IMG/VR virus record: IMGVR_UViG_3300019360_000102
Span: 1 to 52,400 of that record
Strand: one strand, 5' to 3'
DNA: 52,400 nt
Source of the DNA: a virus
Taxonomy: Duplodnaviria > Caudoviricetes
The notes below the pieces were generated by a model that was given only the letters and a program-made list of their open reading frames with translations, made no database searches and was not told the origin of the DNA. Positions within the stretch are counted from its first letter, which is position 1. Each line of letters starts with the position of its first letter. Made by a program: the position numbers and the translations under genes. This document shows, piece after piece, positions 19,066-28,173 of the stretch.

Positions 19066-20601
19066 TTATTGATTACCGTGGCAGATGATCATGATATTAC
19101 CTGAGTCTCGTTCGGCCAGGCCGGCGCCACCGGCGCTGGCGCCCGTGGCAACTTGCACATCGTACGGCCGCAGGAAGTCGATCCTATGGATAACCTCTTG
19201 GTCGTCGGGATTGGCCGTTCCATTTCCAATGGTTGCAGACGCATTCATGTTAACCACATAGTCGTTTGAGACAAAAGGAATGCGAAACCAAGCGCGATAG
19301 ACGCCTTGATTCAGCCGCTCAACGAAATCCACATTGTAACTACTCCGGATGGTCTGCCCAGCGTCGACCGTAAATGGTCCGGTGACGCCCGTAGTGGTGA
19401 GGTCGATCCGGTTGTTGTCCAATATTGCGTCCTGCTCGGAACCGTAGAATGCGACCGTGTTGGCGTCTATACTTTTGAGCCAATACAGAACTGTGGAGCT
19501 CACCAACGGCGCCGGTAATGTACCGGTACCGTATAGAATAACCGCCTGGATGCTGGCGAACGGATGGCCGGTGAGCGTGACTTCGTCGGTGGACGTGTTG
19601 ACATCTGCGGTCGTAAAAGTATCAGTCGTATACGAACGATTGTTGCGAGTTATCGTGCGCGTGCCGGAGCCCGCAGTGGTCAAGTCGATCTTGTTGGTGC
19701 CAGCCAGCGCGTCCGCCTTGGTCGTATGTATCGTGTAGTTAGCGACAACTGGGTTGACGATACTGGTAGGATTTGCCCGCAACCAATACGTCGTGGCGGC
19801 AACAAGCGGCGCCGGGAGATCGGCGCCAGTGAGTTGCACCGCTTCAACTCTGTCAAACGGGTTGGTACCGCCCGTGTCGATCGTATCTGCCCCGGTGCTA
19901 ACCGAGGCGATATTCGCGGAGATTATGGTTCCGCGACCGTCAAAATTTACCCAGCACTTGGACACTGACTCAACTGAGATCGTATTGGCGCCGACAATAG
20001 ACGCAGGCTGCTGCATCACCAATGCGACGGTGGGGGAGATCGCCAGAAGTAACGGTAGTACAACTTCTCCTACCGTGGCAGGAGCGACAGTGGTGTAACC
20101 GGCCAACGTGGTGTCAGATAGGTAATACAGAGTTCCAGCGGCGAGACCGCCAGAACCGCCGGTGTGTGCATCCCAGTCGCCCGTGCTGGCCGTGATCTTG
20201 CCCCCGACATGAATGACGAAAATGTCTGCCGACACGACAACGCCAACGACGCCAATGGCCTGCCCGGTGGATGCGATGTTGGCCTGAGCCTTCAGGAAAG
20301 CACCAGAACTGTCGACGTAGACAGCATCGGCCACGGCAAGACCGTGAGCAACTTGCGTGACCACCATAGCGGTCTGCTCGTCATTGGCCCACTCTGCCGT
20401 GTTACCTGCCGTATTGGTTCTTATCTTCTGCAGCAAAGCGCCCGTAACAAGACGACTCAGCGGAATCGACCCGGGCAAGATGGAGGCGCCATTGATGTTG
20501 GCTGCCGCCGACAGCGTATCGATCAAGTCGACGAAATCTCCGCCGTCCGGCTGGTCGGTCGTCTGAAACCGGCTCTTAAGCTCTGCGAGTGTGCGGATCA
20601 T
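19066..20601 (-). CDS. Fibre-like virion protein
   Basis: LKSRFQTTDQPDGGDFVDLIDTL, VTQVAHGLAVAD module, two LPAPLV..YWL..IDLTT.G repeats inserted into a CWVNFDG...IRSSYNV C-terminal domain. Confidence 0.75.
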   Translation of the reverse strand: MIRTLAELKSRFQTTDQPDGGDFVDLIDTLSAAANINGASILPGSIPLSRLVTGALLQKIRTNTAGNTAEWANDEQTAMVVTQVAHGLAVADAVYVDSSGAFLKAQANIASTGQAIGVVGVVVSADIFVIHVGGKITASTGDWDAHTGGSGGLAAGTLYYLSDTTLAGYTTVAPATVGEVVLPLLLAISPTVALVMQQPASIVGANTISVESVSKCWVNFDGRGTIISANIASVSTGADTIDTGGTNPFDRVEAVQLTGADLPAPLVAATTYWLRANPTSIVNPVVANYTIHTTKADALAGTNKIDLTTAGSGTRTITRNNRSYTTDTFTTADVNTSTDEVTLTGHPFASIQAVILYGTGTLPAPLVSSTVLYWLKSIDANTVAFYGSEQDAILDNNRIDLTTTGVTGPFTVDAGQTIRSSYNVDFVERLNQGVYRAWFRIPFVSNDYVVNMNASATIGNGTANPDDQEVIHRIDFLRPYDVQVATGASAGGAGLAERDSGNIMIICHGNQ

Positions 20602-20604
20602 GGG

Positions 20605-21282
20605 TTATATGTATTTGCTGGCCACAACCTTGAATCTGAAGTTCAGGGCCAGGTTGGCCGCGTTCACCGCAAGTATATCGCCGGTGCGTTTCGTAATGTA
20701 GAAGCTCCCTTGGGCTGTCCACGCTACTTCTATTTGGGCACCGGTGGCGGACAATGCTCTGGTGTGCTTCTCGAGATTGTCGCCTTCCGCGGAACGAATA
20801 GAGAAGAAATCAAGTTGCTGACCAACTGCCCAACCGTGTGCCACCGTAGTGGCAATGCACTCCAGATAGACAGTCCAGAAGTCGGGGAACGTCCAGGGCA
20901 TAACGCTGAACTGGACAACACTGTTGACTGTAGGAATCGGGGCAGTCTGCGTGAAGGTCTGCAGAGTCGGAGCGCTAGTGATGTTGTTGTACGAAACCTG
21001 GTATTTACCGCCGATCTTGGACTCGAAAAAGCTATCCATCTGCGCACGGCTGTATGTGTCCGGGAGACTTACGCCGCTGGATACGATCTTCCCGACCGTG
21101 CTGGAGTATGTCAAGAACTCACCATCGTTAAACGTCTTGTTACCGGTGCCGCCGGCAGCCACCGGAATGGCGATGGTCGTGTTGGCTAGACCTTCCGCGA
21201 TGGCAGTAGCATTGAGCACGGACATGAAGTCCGGCGTAACAACGTCGTCGATTCCAAAGCGGTATGTGATTCCTCGACTCAT
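20605..21282 (-). CDS. Putative tail structural protein
   Basis: IPVAAGGTG fibre motif; coupled to neighbouring genes. Confidence 0.55.
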   Translation of the reverse strand: MSRGITYRFGIDDVVTPDFMSVLNATAIAEGLANTTIAIPVAAGGTGNKTFNDGEFLTYSSTVGKIVSSGVSLPDTYSRAQMDSFFESKIGGKYQVSYNNITSAPTLQTFTQTAPIPTVNSVVQFSVMPWTFPDFWTVYLECIATTVAHGWAVGQQLDFFSIRSAEGDNLEKHTRALSATGAQIEVAWTAQGSFYITKRTGDILAVNAANLALNFRFKVVASKYI

Positions 21283-21797
21283 CAGCTCACCACGAAGTCA
21301 TCGCCAATGACCCAGAAGCCTATGCCAGTTTCAACCAACGTGAACGCAGCTTGTGAATTGGTCACCGGTCCGTTTGCGTAACTGAACCGGTAGGTCAAGG
21401 TTAAGCCTTCCGGCGCAAATTCAGCAAACGAGTCGTTGAAGTTAATGCGAGCCTTCCAGAAAGAACCGGCGGGCATCGCGATCGCAGGTCCAAAGTTTAC
21501 TTCTGCAAAAGGAGCAGAGCCGGCAAGCGTGAGCGTCGAGCCAGCCACCAGATCGTTCTCTCCCGTGTAAAGGTCAATCGTCAGGTTGATTGAATTCCGC
21601 GAAATTGGCACGCGGGTTTCAAGCAACATACTGCGCAGCAAGACATCGCGGCCCGCAATCTTCACAACTGCGAATTCGCGCTCGTTCACGGCCATACCCT
21701 CGTAGTAGAAGGGAACCTGCATGACTTCGCGATCAGTCCAGACCACGTGTCCGCCAATGCCTTTCAACTTACTGTACTGTTTGTTGTGGCTGCTCAT
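21282..21797 (-). CDS. Putative structural protein ending GIGFWVIGDDFVVS
   Basis: Beta-rich 171-aa ORF at the head of the fibre operon. Confidence 0.55.
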   Translation of the reverse strand: MSSHNKQYSKLKGIGGHVVWTDREVMQVPFYYEGMAVNEREFAVVKIAGRDVLLRSMLLETRVPISRNSINLTIDLYTGENDLVAGSTLTLAGSAPFAEVNFGPAIAMPAGSFWKARINFNDSFAEFAPEGLTLTYRFSYANGPVTNSQAAFTLVETGIGFWVIGDDFVVS

Positions 21798-22027
21798 GAC
21801 GGCTTAACAAGGTCACTCCGAAGGATCTCCATAGGAGAGAACCGCACGCCAAACATACTAGCATACCGCGCGGCGTCCACGGTACCAGGTACGATCCGAA
21901 TCATCATGTTAACGCTCTGCTGAAACCAGACAGACCCAACTGACTGATCATGCGGATTCACAAGTTCAATAAACGTACCCTGGGGTATGTCCTGAACGGT
22001 CCCGTCAGCATTTCGGATTCGAAGCAT
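21794..22027 (-). CDS. Hypothetical protein
   Basis: Start moved to MLRIRNADG (GAGGA 4 nt upstream); ATGA overlap with the next gene. Confidence 0.55.
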   Translation of the reverse strand: MLRIRNADGTVQDIPQGTFIELVNPHDQSVGSVWFQQSVNMMIRIVPGTVDAARYASMFGVRFSPMEILRSDLVKPS

Positions 22028-22049
22028 GTTATCCTCGGAATTTATCGAA

Positions 22050-22460
22050 TCACTCTTTAGAATTAGTCTTGTGTGCATTGGACCGCAGACCAGCCCACCC
22101 ACCAAAAGCACCCAGGGCCAGTGCCGGCAAGGCAATCTTCCCGGGCATCGTGCGCACAATAGCCGGCACCAGATGCCTATGTATGTCCAAATATCCGGCG
22201 AGCCCGCCCTTTAGGGCGTCGCGCCAAAGATTTGGCTTATCTACCAGGAGTGTCATAACGTCACGGTACTGAAGCGGATTCGACGAAACCTGCTTAGCTG
22301 CGTTGAAGTACCCACCGGCAGCGCCAAGTCCCGCGCCGAGCCCCCCGAATGTCAAAGCTCTGCGTGTACGCGCTGTGGTATCTGACTCTGTTGTGGTATT
22401 TAACCTATCCTGTAGTTTATTTAGGAAGCCGGCGACCTTAATTAGTTCGGATGATTTCAT
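22050..22460 (-). CDS. Glycine-zipper protein, paralogue B (K-x-A motif)
   Basis: MKSSELIKVAG; GGLGAGLGAAGG; colinear with 22544..22975. Confidence 0.65.
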   Translation of the reverse strand: MKSSELIKVAGFLNKLQDRLNTTTESDTTARTRRALTFGGLGAGLGAAGGYFNAAKQVSSNPLQYRDVMTLLVDKPNLWRDALKGGLAGYLDIHRHLVPAIVRTMPGKIALPALALGAFGGWAGLRSNAHKTNSKE

Positions 22461-22544
22461 ATTTGGATCTGCGTTGTCTGCAAAGTCTGTAGGCCCTGCG
22501 CCAACTGCTGCACGACTTGGGAAAAGCTCCTCCAGTCCTTGAGT
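22461..22544 (-). pseudogene. Frameshifted remnant of a homologue of 22978..23481
   Basis: Spacer translates TQGLEELF(+1 C)QVVQQLAQGLQTL versus TQGLEELFQVVQQMGQAIQQL. Confidence 0.75.
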
Positions 22545-22975
22545 TAGCCTCGGAATTTATCGAACCTCTCTTTCAAAGTAGTCTCATGCGTGCTGGGCAA
22601 CAGACCAGCCAGCCCACCAAGACCGCCCACGGCCAGTGCAGGCCAAAGAAGCTTCCCGGGTGTCTTGCGCGCAATGAGCGGAGCCAGATGACGATGTAGG
22701 GCCAAGTCATCGGCTAACCCGCCCTTCAGGTTGTACAAAGCCTTCAGAGTCTTTTGGTGCTTTGCCAGGCGCGTCAGATTTCTAGTGGACGCAACTGGAT
22801 CCGCCACAAAATTCCTGAGCTCGTTGAGGTAACCCCCTGTGGCACCAAGACCGGCGCCAATTCCGCCGTATGTTAAAGCCCTACCTGCACGTTCCGCGAC
22901 CGGACTGTCTGGTTCTGTTGCGTCGTGCAGCCTGCTCATGAAGCTGGCGATTTTAGCTATTTCCGATGGTCTCAT
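22544..22975 (-). CDS. Glycine-zipper protein, paralogue A (K-x-A motif)
   Basis: MRPSEIAKIAS; GGIGAGLGATGG; hydrophobic C-terminus. Confidence 0.65.
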   Translation of the reverse strand: MRPSEIAKIASFMSRLHDATEPDSPVAERAGRALTYGGIGAGLGATGGYLNELRNFVADPVASTRNLTRLAKHQKTLKALYNLKGGLADDLALHRHLAPLIARKTPGKLLWPALAVGGLGGLAGLLPSTHETTLKERFDKFRG

Positions 22976-22977
22976 AA

Positions 22978-23481
22978 TTAGATCATTTGTGGTTGCACCG
23001 CGCCAGCCATTTGGGCCGCCGCGGCGTTAGGATCGACGATCGGAGCCTGCTGCAGGGCAGCAGGGGCAGGAGCAGGCTTGCTGAGTTCATTGACAATGAT
23101 GCTGATCTTCTGGTCGGCCTCCTGACCCTTAACTGAAAGTTGTTGAATGGCTTGACCCATCTGCTGCACGACTTGGAAAAGCTCTTCAAGTCCTTGCGTG
23201 ATCTGATCAAGAACCTGCTGCGTGTCCGGCATGGCCCCGGGATCCTGGGCCGGCATTCCCTGAGATGGGTCTTGCTGAGGAGGCATTTGCTGAGGCGGCA
23301 TTTGCTGAGGCATCGGACCTACCTGTGGGGCAGCAGCTTGCATTTGAGCGTTGGGGTCGCCTTGAGGCATTTGCTGCATCGGCTGGGGCATATCACCGGG
23401 CATCGGGAGAAACGCCGCTTTGGTCATCTCCTCGCGGAGTGCAACGAGCTGGTCGCGGAAAGCTTTCAGGTCAGTGGCCAT
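22978..23481 (-). CDS. Gln/Pro/Met-rich low-complexity protein with coiled coil
   Basis: EEMTKAAF, PQQMPPQQMPPQQ (15-bp repeats near 23273-23312), heptad segment. Confidence 0.65.
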   Translation of the reverse strand: MATDLKAFRDQLVALREEMTKAAFLPMPGDMPQPMQQMPQGDPNAQMQAAAPQVGPMPQQMPPQQMPPQQDPSQGMPAQDPGAMPDTQQVLDQITQGLEELFQVVQQMGQAIQQLSVKGQEADQKISIIVNELSKPAPAPAALQQAPIVDPNAAAAQMAGAVQPQMI

Positions 23482-23499
23482 ATCGATAGTAGGTTACAG

Positions 23500-23715
23500 T
23501 CATTCAGACTTGTGATCAAGGTCATTTGGAGAAGGCGCAGTGCCCTTAGAGACGAATACAAGTGCCGCGTTGTCCTCGGAAAGTTCAATGAAGCACGCGA
23601 CAACACCGTCATGCATGCCGAATTTGATGTGCTCGCGTTCAACGTTACCATTCAACCAGTCCACTAGCGCAATGGTCGCGACGGCCTCTATCTGCTCGAA
23701 GTTCGGCTCACTCAT
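23500..23715 (-). CDS. Hypothetical protein
   Basis: 71-aa ORF with ATGA overlap onto the beta' gene stop. Confidence 0.5.
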   Translation of the reverse strand: MSEPNFEQIEAVATIALVDWLNGNVEREHIKFGMHDGVVACFIELSEDNAALVFVSKGTAPSPNDLDHKSE

Positions 23716-26700
23716 CCAATTTTGACTTCGTCACTGAGGTTGACCTTGCCGGCATTGATGGCCGACAAGGCATGCTGCTCCGTCGGAAAGCTGTGGACCT
23801 GCTTGGGTGCGCGGTTCTTTGCCTGGTAGAGGCCGAGCACGAACTCATGCTTCGGCACCGGGACAACCTTCTCATGATCCTTGATGCTGAATAGCATGCG
23901 ACTAGGCATGAGGCGCTCTCGGACATCTTTGACGGCATCCGGCAGGGCGGGAACATGGACGTTCATTGTGTCCTGAACCACAATACCTTCTGAAGTGGCG
24001 AAGGTGAACGGGCCCGGGATGGTGACATCGTAAGCTTCCATTCTGCCCGGCAATTTTCTTGCACTGACCACGGGCAGCCAATCAACCGTGGTGTCCTCGA
24101 CGAGCTCGCAATATTCTCGGCAATCCGCACGATCTATGGCGGATTTACGCCACTCATCCGTGTATTGCCGGGCAAGTGTGCGTGTCCAGTAACCTCGGGT
24201 CTTGGAGGTCGAAAGCTCGCCGGCCTGAAACTTGTTAGTACCCCGCTGTTTCGCATCAGGCCAGAGTGACTTGAAAGTCTCGATCAATACCTTGTGCAGA
24301 TGCCAGGGATATGGAACTAGGTCGCTGGCCTGGTACTTGGATTCAAGATCCACGTGCAGCAATCCTTCCGCCAGGGTAGCTTGCTTCCGCGCTAGGCTTA
24401 CACGGAATCCAGTCCTGGCTACCATGCGGGCGAAATCCGGCGTGCTAAAGTGACATAACCAGGCGGCCTTGTGGCTGGACGAACTTCGATAGTGTGTCAC
24501 GCCGACACGAATCCCGAGCCGCCGACCGAGTAGCCGGACGTTATCCACCAAGTCCGGGCTAGAGGTCGCGTAGTTGATCTGCAATTGAGGCTTCTTCTTT
24601 CCGCGGGTGATCGCGACGGTCCCGTCGGTGGACAGGAGGCCGTCCAGGAGGCCAAGCAGATGCTCTTCCGGGGCGTTGAGGCTGAAGCTTGGAATACGCT
24701 TGCTCAGCGCGCCTTCGCCAATCTGCTGCTTGAGCCAGCGGCCAAACCATGCACAACTGACCCGCACCTTGGCCATTTTGTGTTCAGTGAACCCCTTGGC
24801 GACATGACGTATGAAATCTCCGTGGGTCAGAAAATTCAAATTGTCGGTCTTGGTCAGATCCATGAGGGTCTGCATATTGTCATCCTCGGCGCCGCACAGA
24901 TATATTCCGTCCTGATTGTCTACCCAGCCATCCCCGATTATCAGGCCAAGGAACTGGCCGAACTGCCGATCCAAAGCTACAGATCTTTCATGCGGCAGCT
25001 TGGCGCTACCCACGCCTTTCATGCCAGTTACCAAAATGTTTGAAACGACTCGATCTCCGGTATGAACCTTTCTAATCTTGGGTACGCACAGACGGTGAGC
25101 CGCCTCCGGGTTAACCGTGACGAGGGTACCCTCTCGGTACGCCACCAAGGAATGGTCTGACGAAACCACGAGGTTGGTCTTGTTGTATAACCCGATGTCC
25201 CACATCTCCAGGTCTCGGTGTACTGAAAATTTGGTGACCGGGAACCACCCGTGTTGGCCGGTCTGACGATCCAGACCGTACATCAGGACGCCCGCCGGAA
25301 CGTCCCATTCTGAGACCGTGGCGGACTTCTTGATCTCGGATCCCGGGACTATGGGCATGTCTTGGATATTGATGTTACCCTCGAACGTCATGATCTTTTG
25401 ATTTGTAATCATGGCACCACTGTAGGTGGTCACAGAAGACAAGTCAAGATTTGTTCGTATCAATGTCGAAGTCAGCAGCGAGTCTCCGTCGTGATCGGCC
25501 GCCAGACCTGTGCCTACCAACGGGTTAATAAGAATAGTCTTGCCAGAAATGATCTTGGCGGTGCCGCCGACCACGTTGAACTTGTGCCAGGCGGGCGCGC
25601 GGCTGTACATTGTGGGGCGATCCACTATCTCCATGTCAAGATACTTACGAGCCAAAGTGTTACGGTCATTGATCGCCTTGACGGCGTCGGCCGGCGAATG
25701 ACCAGCGCGAACCAAACGGCGCTGGACGTGCGGGGCGTAAAGCTTCCAAGCCATGTCCTCCGGTAGACCGATCTCGTCTAGCTGAAGTGAGGGGTCTAGT
25801 CCGATGACGCCACGGCCAACGTAATCAACCGGTTTCGATATGAGGGTACGGGTCAGCGCGGAAAATTTCGGGCTCGTGCCTGTAATTTTGCGAAGAAAGC
25901 CACTGACGCCGCGCTCCAGCGTCTTGGCCTTGACGGGGTCGCCGTAGCCGTAGACGGCCTTGATGGCATCATAGACGTTGATCCGGTTGTGCCCGGCGCC
26001 CTGGGAGCCCAGCTCGGCCTCCAGATGACCGTGGGCATCCCGGATGTCCACCAGGTCCCGGTACAGCTCATTGGCGTCGCCGGGAATGAAGGTGTCGCCA
26101 GCTACGTTGAATGGGCGGAACTTCGGTGGGATTACCGGTATCCTGGAAAGCATCAAGTCCTTGGGGTGTATGCCCGAACGGCGGAAACCCTCGACGAGTC
26201 CCAAGATCCTGATGGCGTCCGGCCGTCTGGTCTTCTTGCCGGAACGTACGACCGCCATATTGGTCTCATGAAGATGATCAAGATCGAGCATGTTGAGTGC
26301 GTGCTCGATAGCCTCCGGACCGGTCGCGGGCGGAAGGCCCACTGCGGCTTCGGGAAGCCGCGATGACTTCTTGACCGTGGGTAGCCGGTTGGTCAGGACG
26401 TTCATGACCGAGTTACTGAACCCGGCGTTCACCGGGCTGCTGATGACGCGCTGATACCATTTCTCGGCGGGACCCGATGGGTTCTTTAGCTGTTTGGCCA
26501 CGTCGCCGATAGCGGCCGCGTAGTTAGTGCCGGCGGACTGAAGGCCGGCCTTGAAGTCGGGAAGTGCGTTCCGGTTGGCCCAGTCCTGCGGACGGCCGGC
26601 CAGGGGCTTGGAAAAGGGGTTGATCTTGTCGCCGATCACCTGCGTCGTGGAAGGAGCCGTAAGCGGGGCGTCGATCTTCATGAGGTCGCCCACCACGCTG

Positions 26701-26816
26701 GACTGCGTAACAGGATCGGCTAAAGCTAGCTGCTGCAGCTTACCGACCAGATCGGGAGCCGCAGGCTGAGTAGCGGCCCATTTGACCAGGCCGTCAATGA
26801 TCTCAACATCGTTCAT
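23712..26816 (-). CDS. RNA polymerase beta' catalytic fragment containing an intein
   Basis: RpoC-like motifs IPVIPPKFRP, NELYR, KPVDYVGRGVI, GLPEDMA, RAPAWH and ADHDGD...TMNVHVP. Confidence 0.93.
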   Translation of the reverse strand: MNDVEIIDGLVKWAATQPAAPDLVGKLQQLALADPVTQSSVVGDLMKIDAPLTAPSTTQVIGDKINPFSKPLAGRPQDWANRNALPDFKAGLQSAGTNYAAAIGDVAKQLKNPSGPAEKWYQRVISSPVNAGFSNSVMNVLTNRLPTVKKSSRLPEAAVGLPPATGPEAIEHALNMLDLDHLHETNMAVVRSGKKTRRPDAIRILGLVEGFRRSGIHPKDLMLSRIPVIPPKFRPFNVAGDTFIPGDANELYRDLVDIRDAHGHLEAELGSQGAGHNRINVYDAIKAVYGYGDPVKAKTLERGVSGFLRKITGTSPKFSALTRTLISKPVDYVGRGVIGLDPSLQLDEIGLPEDMAWKLYAPHVQRRLVRAGHSPADAVKAINDRNTLARKYLDMEIVDRPTMYSRAPAWHKFNVVGGTAKIISGKTILINPLVGTGLAADHDGDSLLTSTLIRTNLDLSSVTTYSGAMITNQKIMTFEGNINIQDMPIVPGSEIKKSATVSEWDVPAGVLMYGLDRQTGQHGWFPVTKFSVHRDLEMWDIGLYNKTNLVVSSDHSLVAYREGTLVTVNPEAAHRLCVPKIRKVHTGDRVVSNILVTGMKGVGSAKLPHERSVALDRQFGQFLGLIIGDGWVDNQDGIYLCGAEDDNMQTLMDLTKTDNLNFLTHGDFIRHVAKGFTEHKMAKVRVSCAWFGRWLKQQIGEGALSKRIPSFSLNAPEEHLLGLLDGLLSTDGTVAITRGKKKPQLQINYATSSPDLVDNVRLLGRRLGIRVGVTHYRSSSSHKAAWLCHFSTPDFARMVARTGFRVSLARKQATLAEGLLHVDLESKYQASDLVPYPWHLHKVLIETFKSLWPDAKQRGTNKFQAGELSTSKTRGYWTRTLARQYTDEWRKSAIDRADCREYCELVEDTTVDWLPVVSARKLPGRMEAYDVTIPGPFTFATSEGIVVQDTMNVHVPALPDAVKDVRERLMPSRMLFSIKDHEKVVPVPKHEFVLGLYQAKNRAPKQVHSFPTEQHALSAINAGKVNLSDEVKIG
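23970..25481 (-). mobile_element. Intein (504 aa) with LAGLIDADG homing endonuclease
   Basis: Insert splits ADHDGD|TMNVHVP; block B VSSDHSL; FLGLIIGDG and LLDGLLSTDG; blocks F/G AYDVTIPGPFTFATSEGIVVQD. Confidence 0.9.
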
Positions 26817-26920
26817 GTTTTAGCAGCCTTCATTATGTTGTCCAGCTTCCACAATGGTCGCAGATTTATCCAGTGTAAGCAAGTCTGCTGAGCAGACTCG
26901 ACACGGCAAACGAGACTTGA

Positions 26921-26966
26921 TAGCAAAAGAAAAGACGAAGCCCCGGGCACGTGGCCCGGGGCTTCG
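26921..26966 (-). terminator. Intrinsic terminator
   Basis: CGAAGCCCCGGGC-N5-GCCCGGGGCTTCG followed by TCTTTTCTTTT on the minus strand, after the stop at 26972. Confidence 0.8.
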
Positions 26967-26971
26967 CACGA

Positions 26972-27385
26972 TTAACCTTTATTCTGCAGCGCGTCCAGAA
27001 TGGCGCGGCGCTCCCGCTCGACCTTATCCAGATCGATCTCAAAGAACTCGGCCAATGTACGTTCGATCTGAACCTGCTCCGGGACGAGCTCACCCTCATG
27101 CATACAGCACTTGGCGTCGTCGAAGCGGCCCGCTACCAGTTCGTGGGCCTTGGCCTTCGGTGTCATGATGCCAAGCGTGCCCTTGCGTTTACCCTTGTAG
27201 GCTTCGCGGAACTGAGTCTTGGTCATACCGAGGGTGAAGCAGTGGGCCACGTGCTGATGATACCGGGAGAACACGATGTGTTTCTCGGACACTAACCAGT
27301 CCAGAAACTCGCCGATCTTCTGACTATACTCCTTGGCCTCGGACATCTTGTCCAGTTCGGGAGTGTCGGGCATTTTGATACTCAT
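26972..27385 (-). CDS. Hypothetical phage protein
   Basis: SQKIGEFLDWL...LAEFFEIDLDKVERERRAIL; ATGA coupling sets the start. Confidence 0.65.
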   Translation of the reverse strand: MSIKMPDTPELDKMSEAKEYSQKIGEFLDWLVSEKHIVFSRYHQHVAHCFTLGMTKTQFREAYKGKRKGTLGIMTPKAKAHELVAGRFDDAKCCMHEGELVPEQVQIERTLAEFFEIDLDKVERERRAILDALQNKG

Positions 27386-27681
27386 ACGGGAGTCTGGTTT
27401 TCCATGAGCCCCTCGTACAGCGTTTGACCGTCGAGGATGGTTTGCTTGCACGTGTCGTGCAAATGCGTGACCAGCTGTAACTGTTCCTGCAACAACTTAC
27501 GTTCGCGCTCGATGACGATGGAGCGCTGCTTCAGGTCGTACTGCATTCCAGAGACGGCAGTTATGTGACGTCTGGCATCTTCGCTGGGCAGCTTGAAGAT
27601 CCCATCTTCGCATTGTCCCGAAATGCCGTCCAATCGACCTTTGATCGCATCGAGGAAGTTTTGAGTTTCGGTGATATTCAC
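27382..27681 (-). CDS. Hypothetical coiled-coil protein
   Basis: GTG start overlapping the upstream TGA. Confidence 0.55.
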   Translation of the reverse strand: MNITETQNFLDAIKGRLDGISGQCEDGIFKLPSEDARRHITAVSGMQYDLKQRSIVIERERKLLQEQLQLVTHLHDTCKQTILDGQTLYEGLMENQTPV

Positions 27682-27821
27682 TTGAGAGTCTGTTTGATTG
27701 TGCGCTTGACGCTGGCGCGCTCGTGCTGGTTAAAACGCAGATATTTTTTCTTTACACTACGTACACTGGCGCCTTCAGTCCTGGCAAGTTTACGCAAGCA
27801 CTTTACCGTCTTTCCGTTCAT
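27678..27821 (-). CDS. Small basic protein (47 aa)
   Basis: MNGKTVKCLRKLARTEG...KQTLK; below the ORF-track cutoff; fills the gap with a GTGA overlap. Confidence 0.55.
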   Translation of the reverse strand: MNGKTVKCLRKLARTEGASVRSVKKKYLRFNQHERASVKRTIKQTLK

Positions 27822-27845
27822 CTGTAAGCCTTTGTCCTGATCAGC

Positions 27846-28106
27846 TTAGTGACTTTTACCACCGACCTTGCTGCGACAAGTAACCCGGTACGAATTGGCC
27901 ACGATGGCCTCGTGTCGGGTAATGGATGTCTTCTTACCGTCGGAGCCGACATTGTGATAGACGACCTGAGCGCCGTGCTCGTATCTGCGATGCGCGACAG
28001 TCGGATTGTTACACGAGATAATCATCCTGCCATTTTTGGCAGGGCTCATCTGGTCGACGGTCGCCTGACGGCGAAACTTCAAACGAGATTTGGAATTTTT
28101 GTTCAT
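27846..28106 (-). CDS. Hypothetical basic protein
   Basis: Start moved to MNKNSK to avoid overlap with 28174..28389. Confidence 0.45.
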   Translation of the reverse strand: MNKNSKSRLKFRRQATVDQMSPAKNGRMIISCNNPTVAHRRYEHGAQVVYHNVGSDGKKTSITRHEAIVANSYRVTCRSKVGGKSH

Positions 28107-28173
28107 GCTGATAGATGTTACTTCTTCAATGAGAAAACCCGCACGGGTCTGACAAAAACTTATTCGGTCACGG

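Noticed and set aside
22050-22052. Genome-wide TGA or TAG recoding
   Set aside because: Long genes are intact under code 11, and many ATGA/GTGA overlaps use TGA as a stop.
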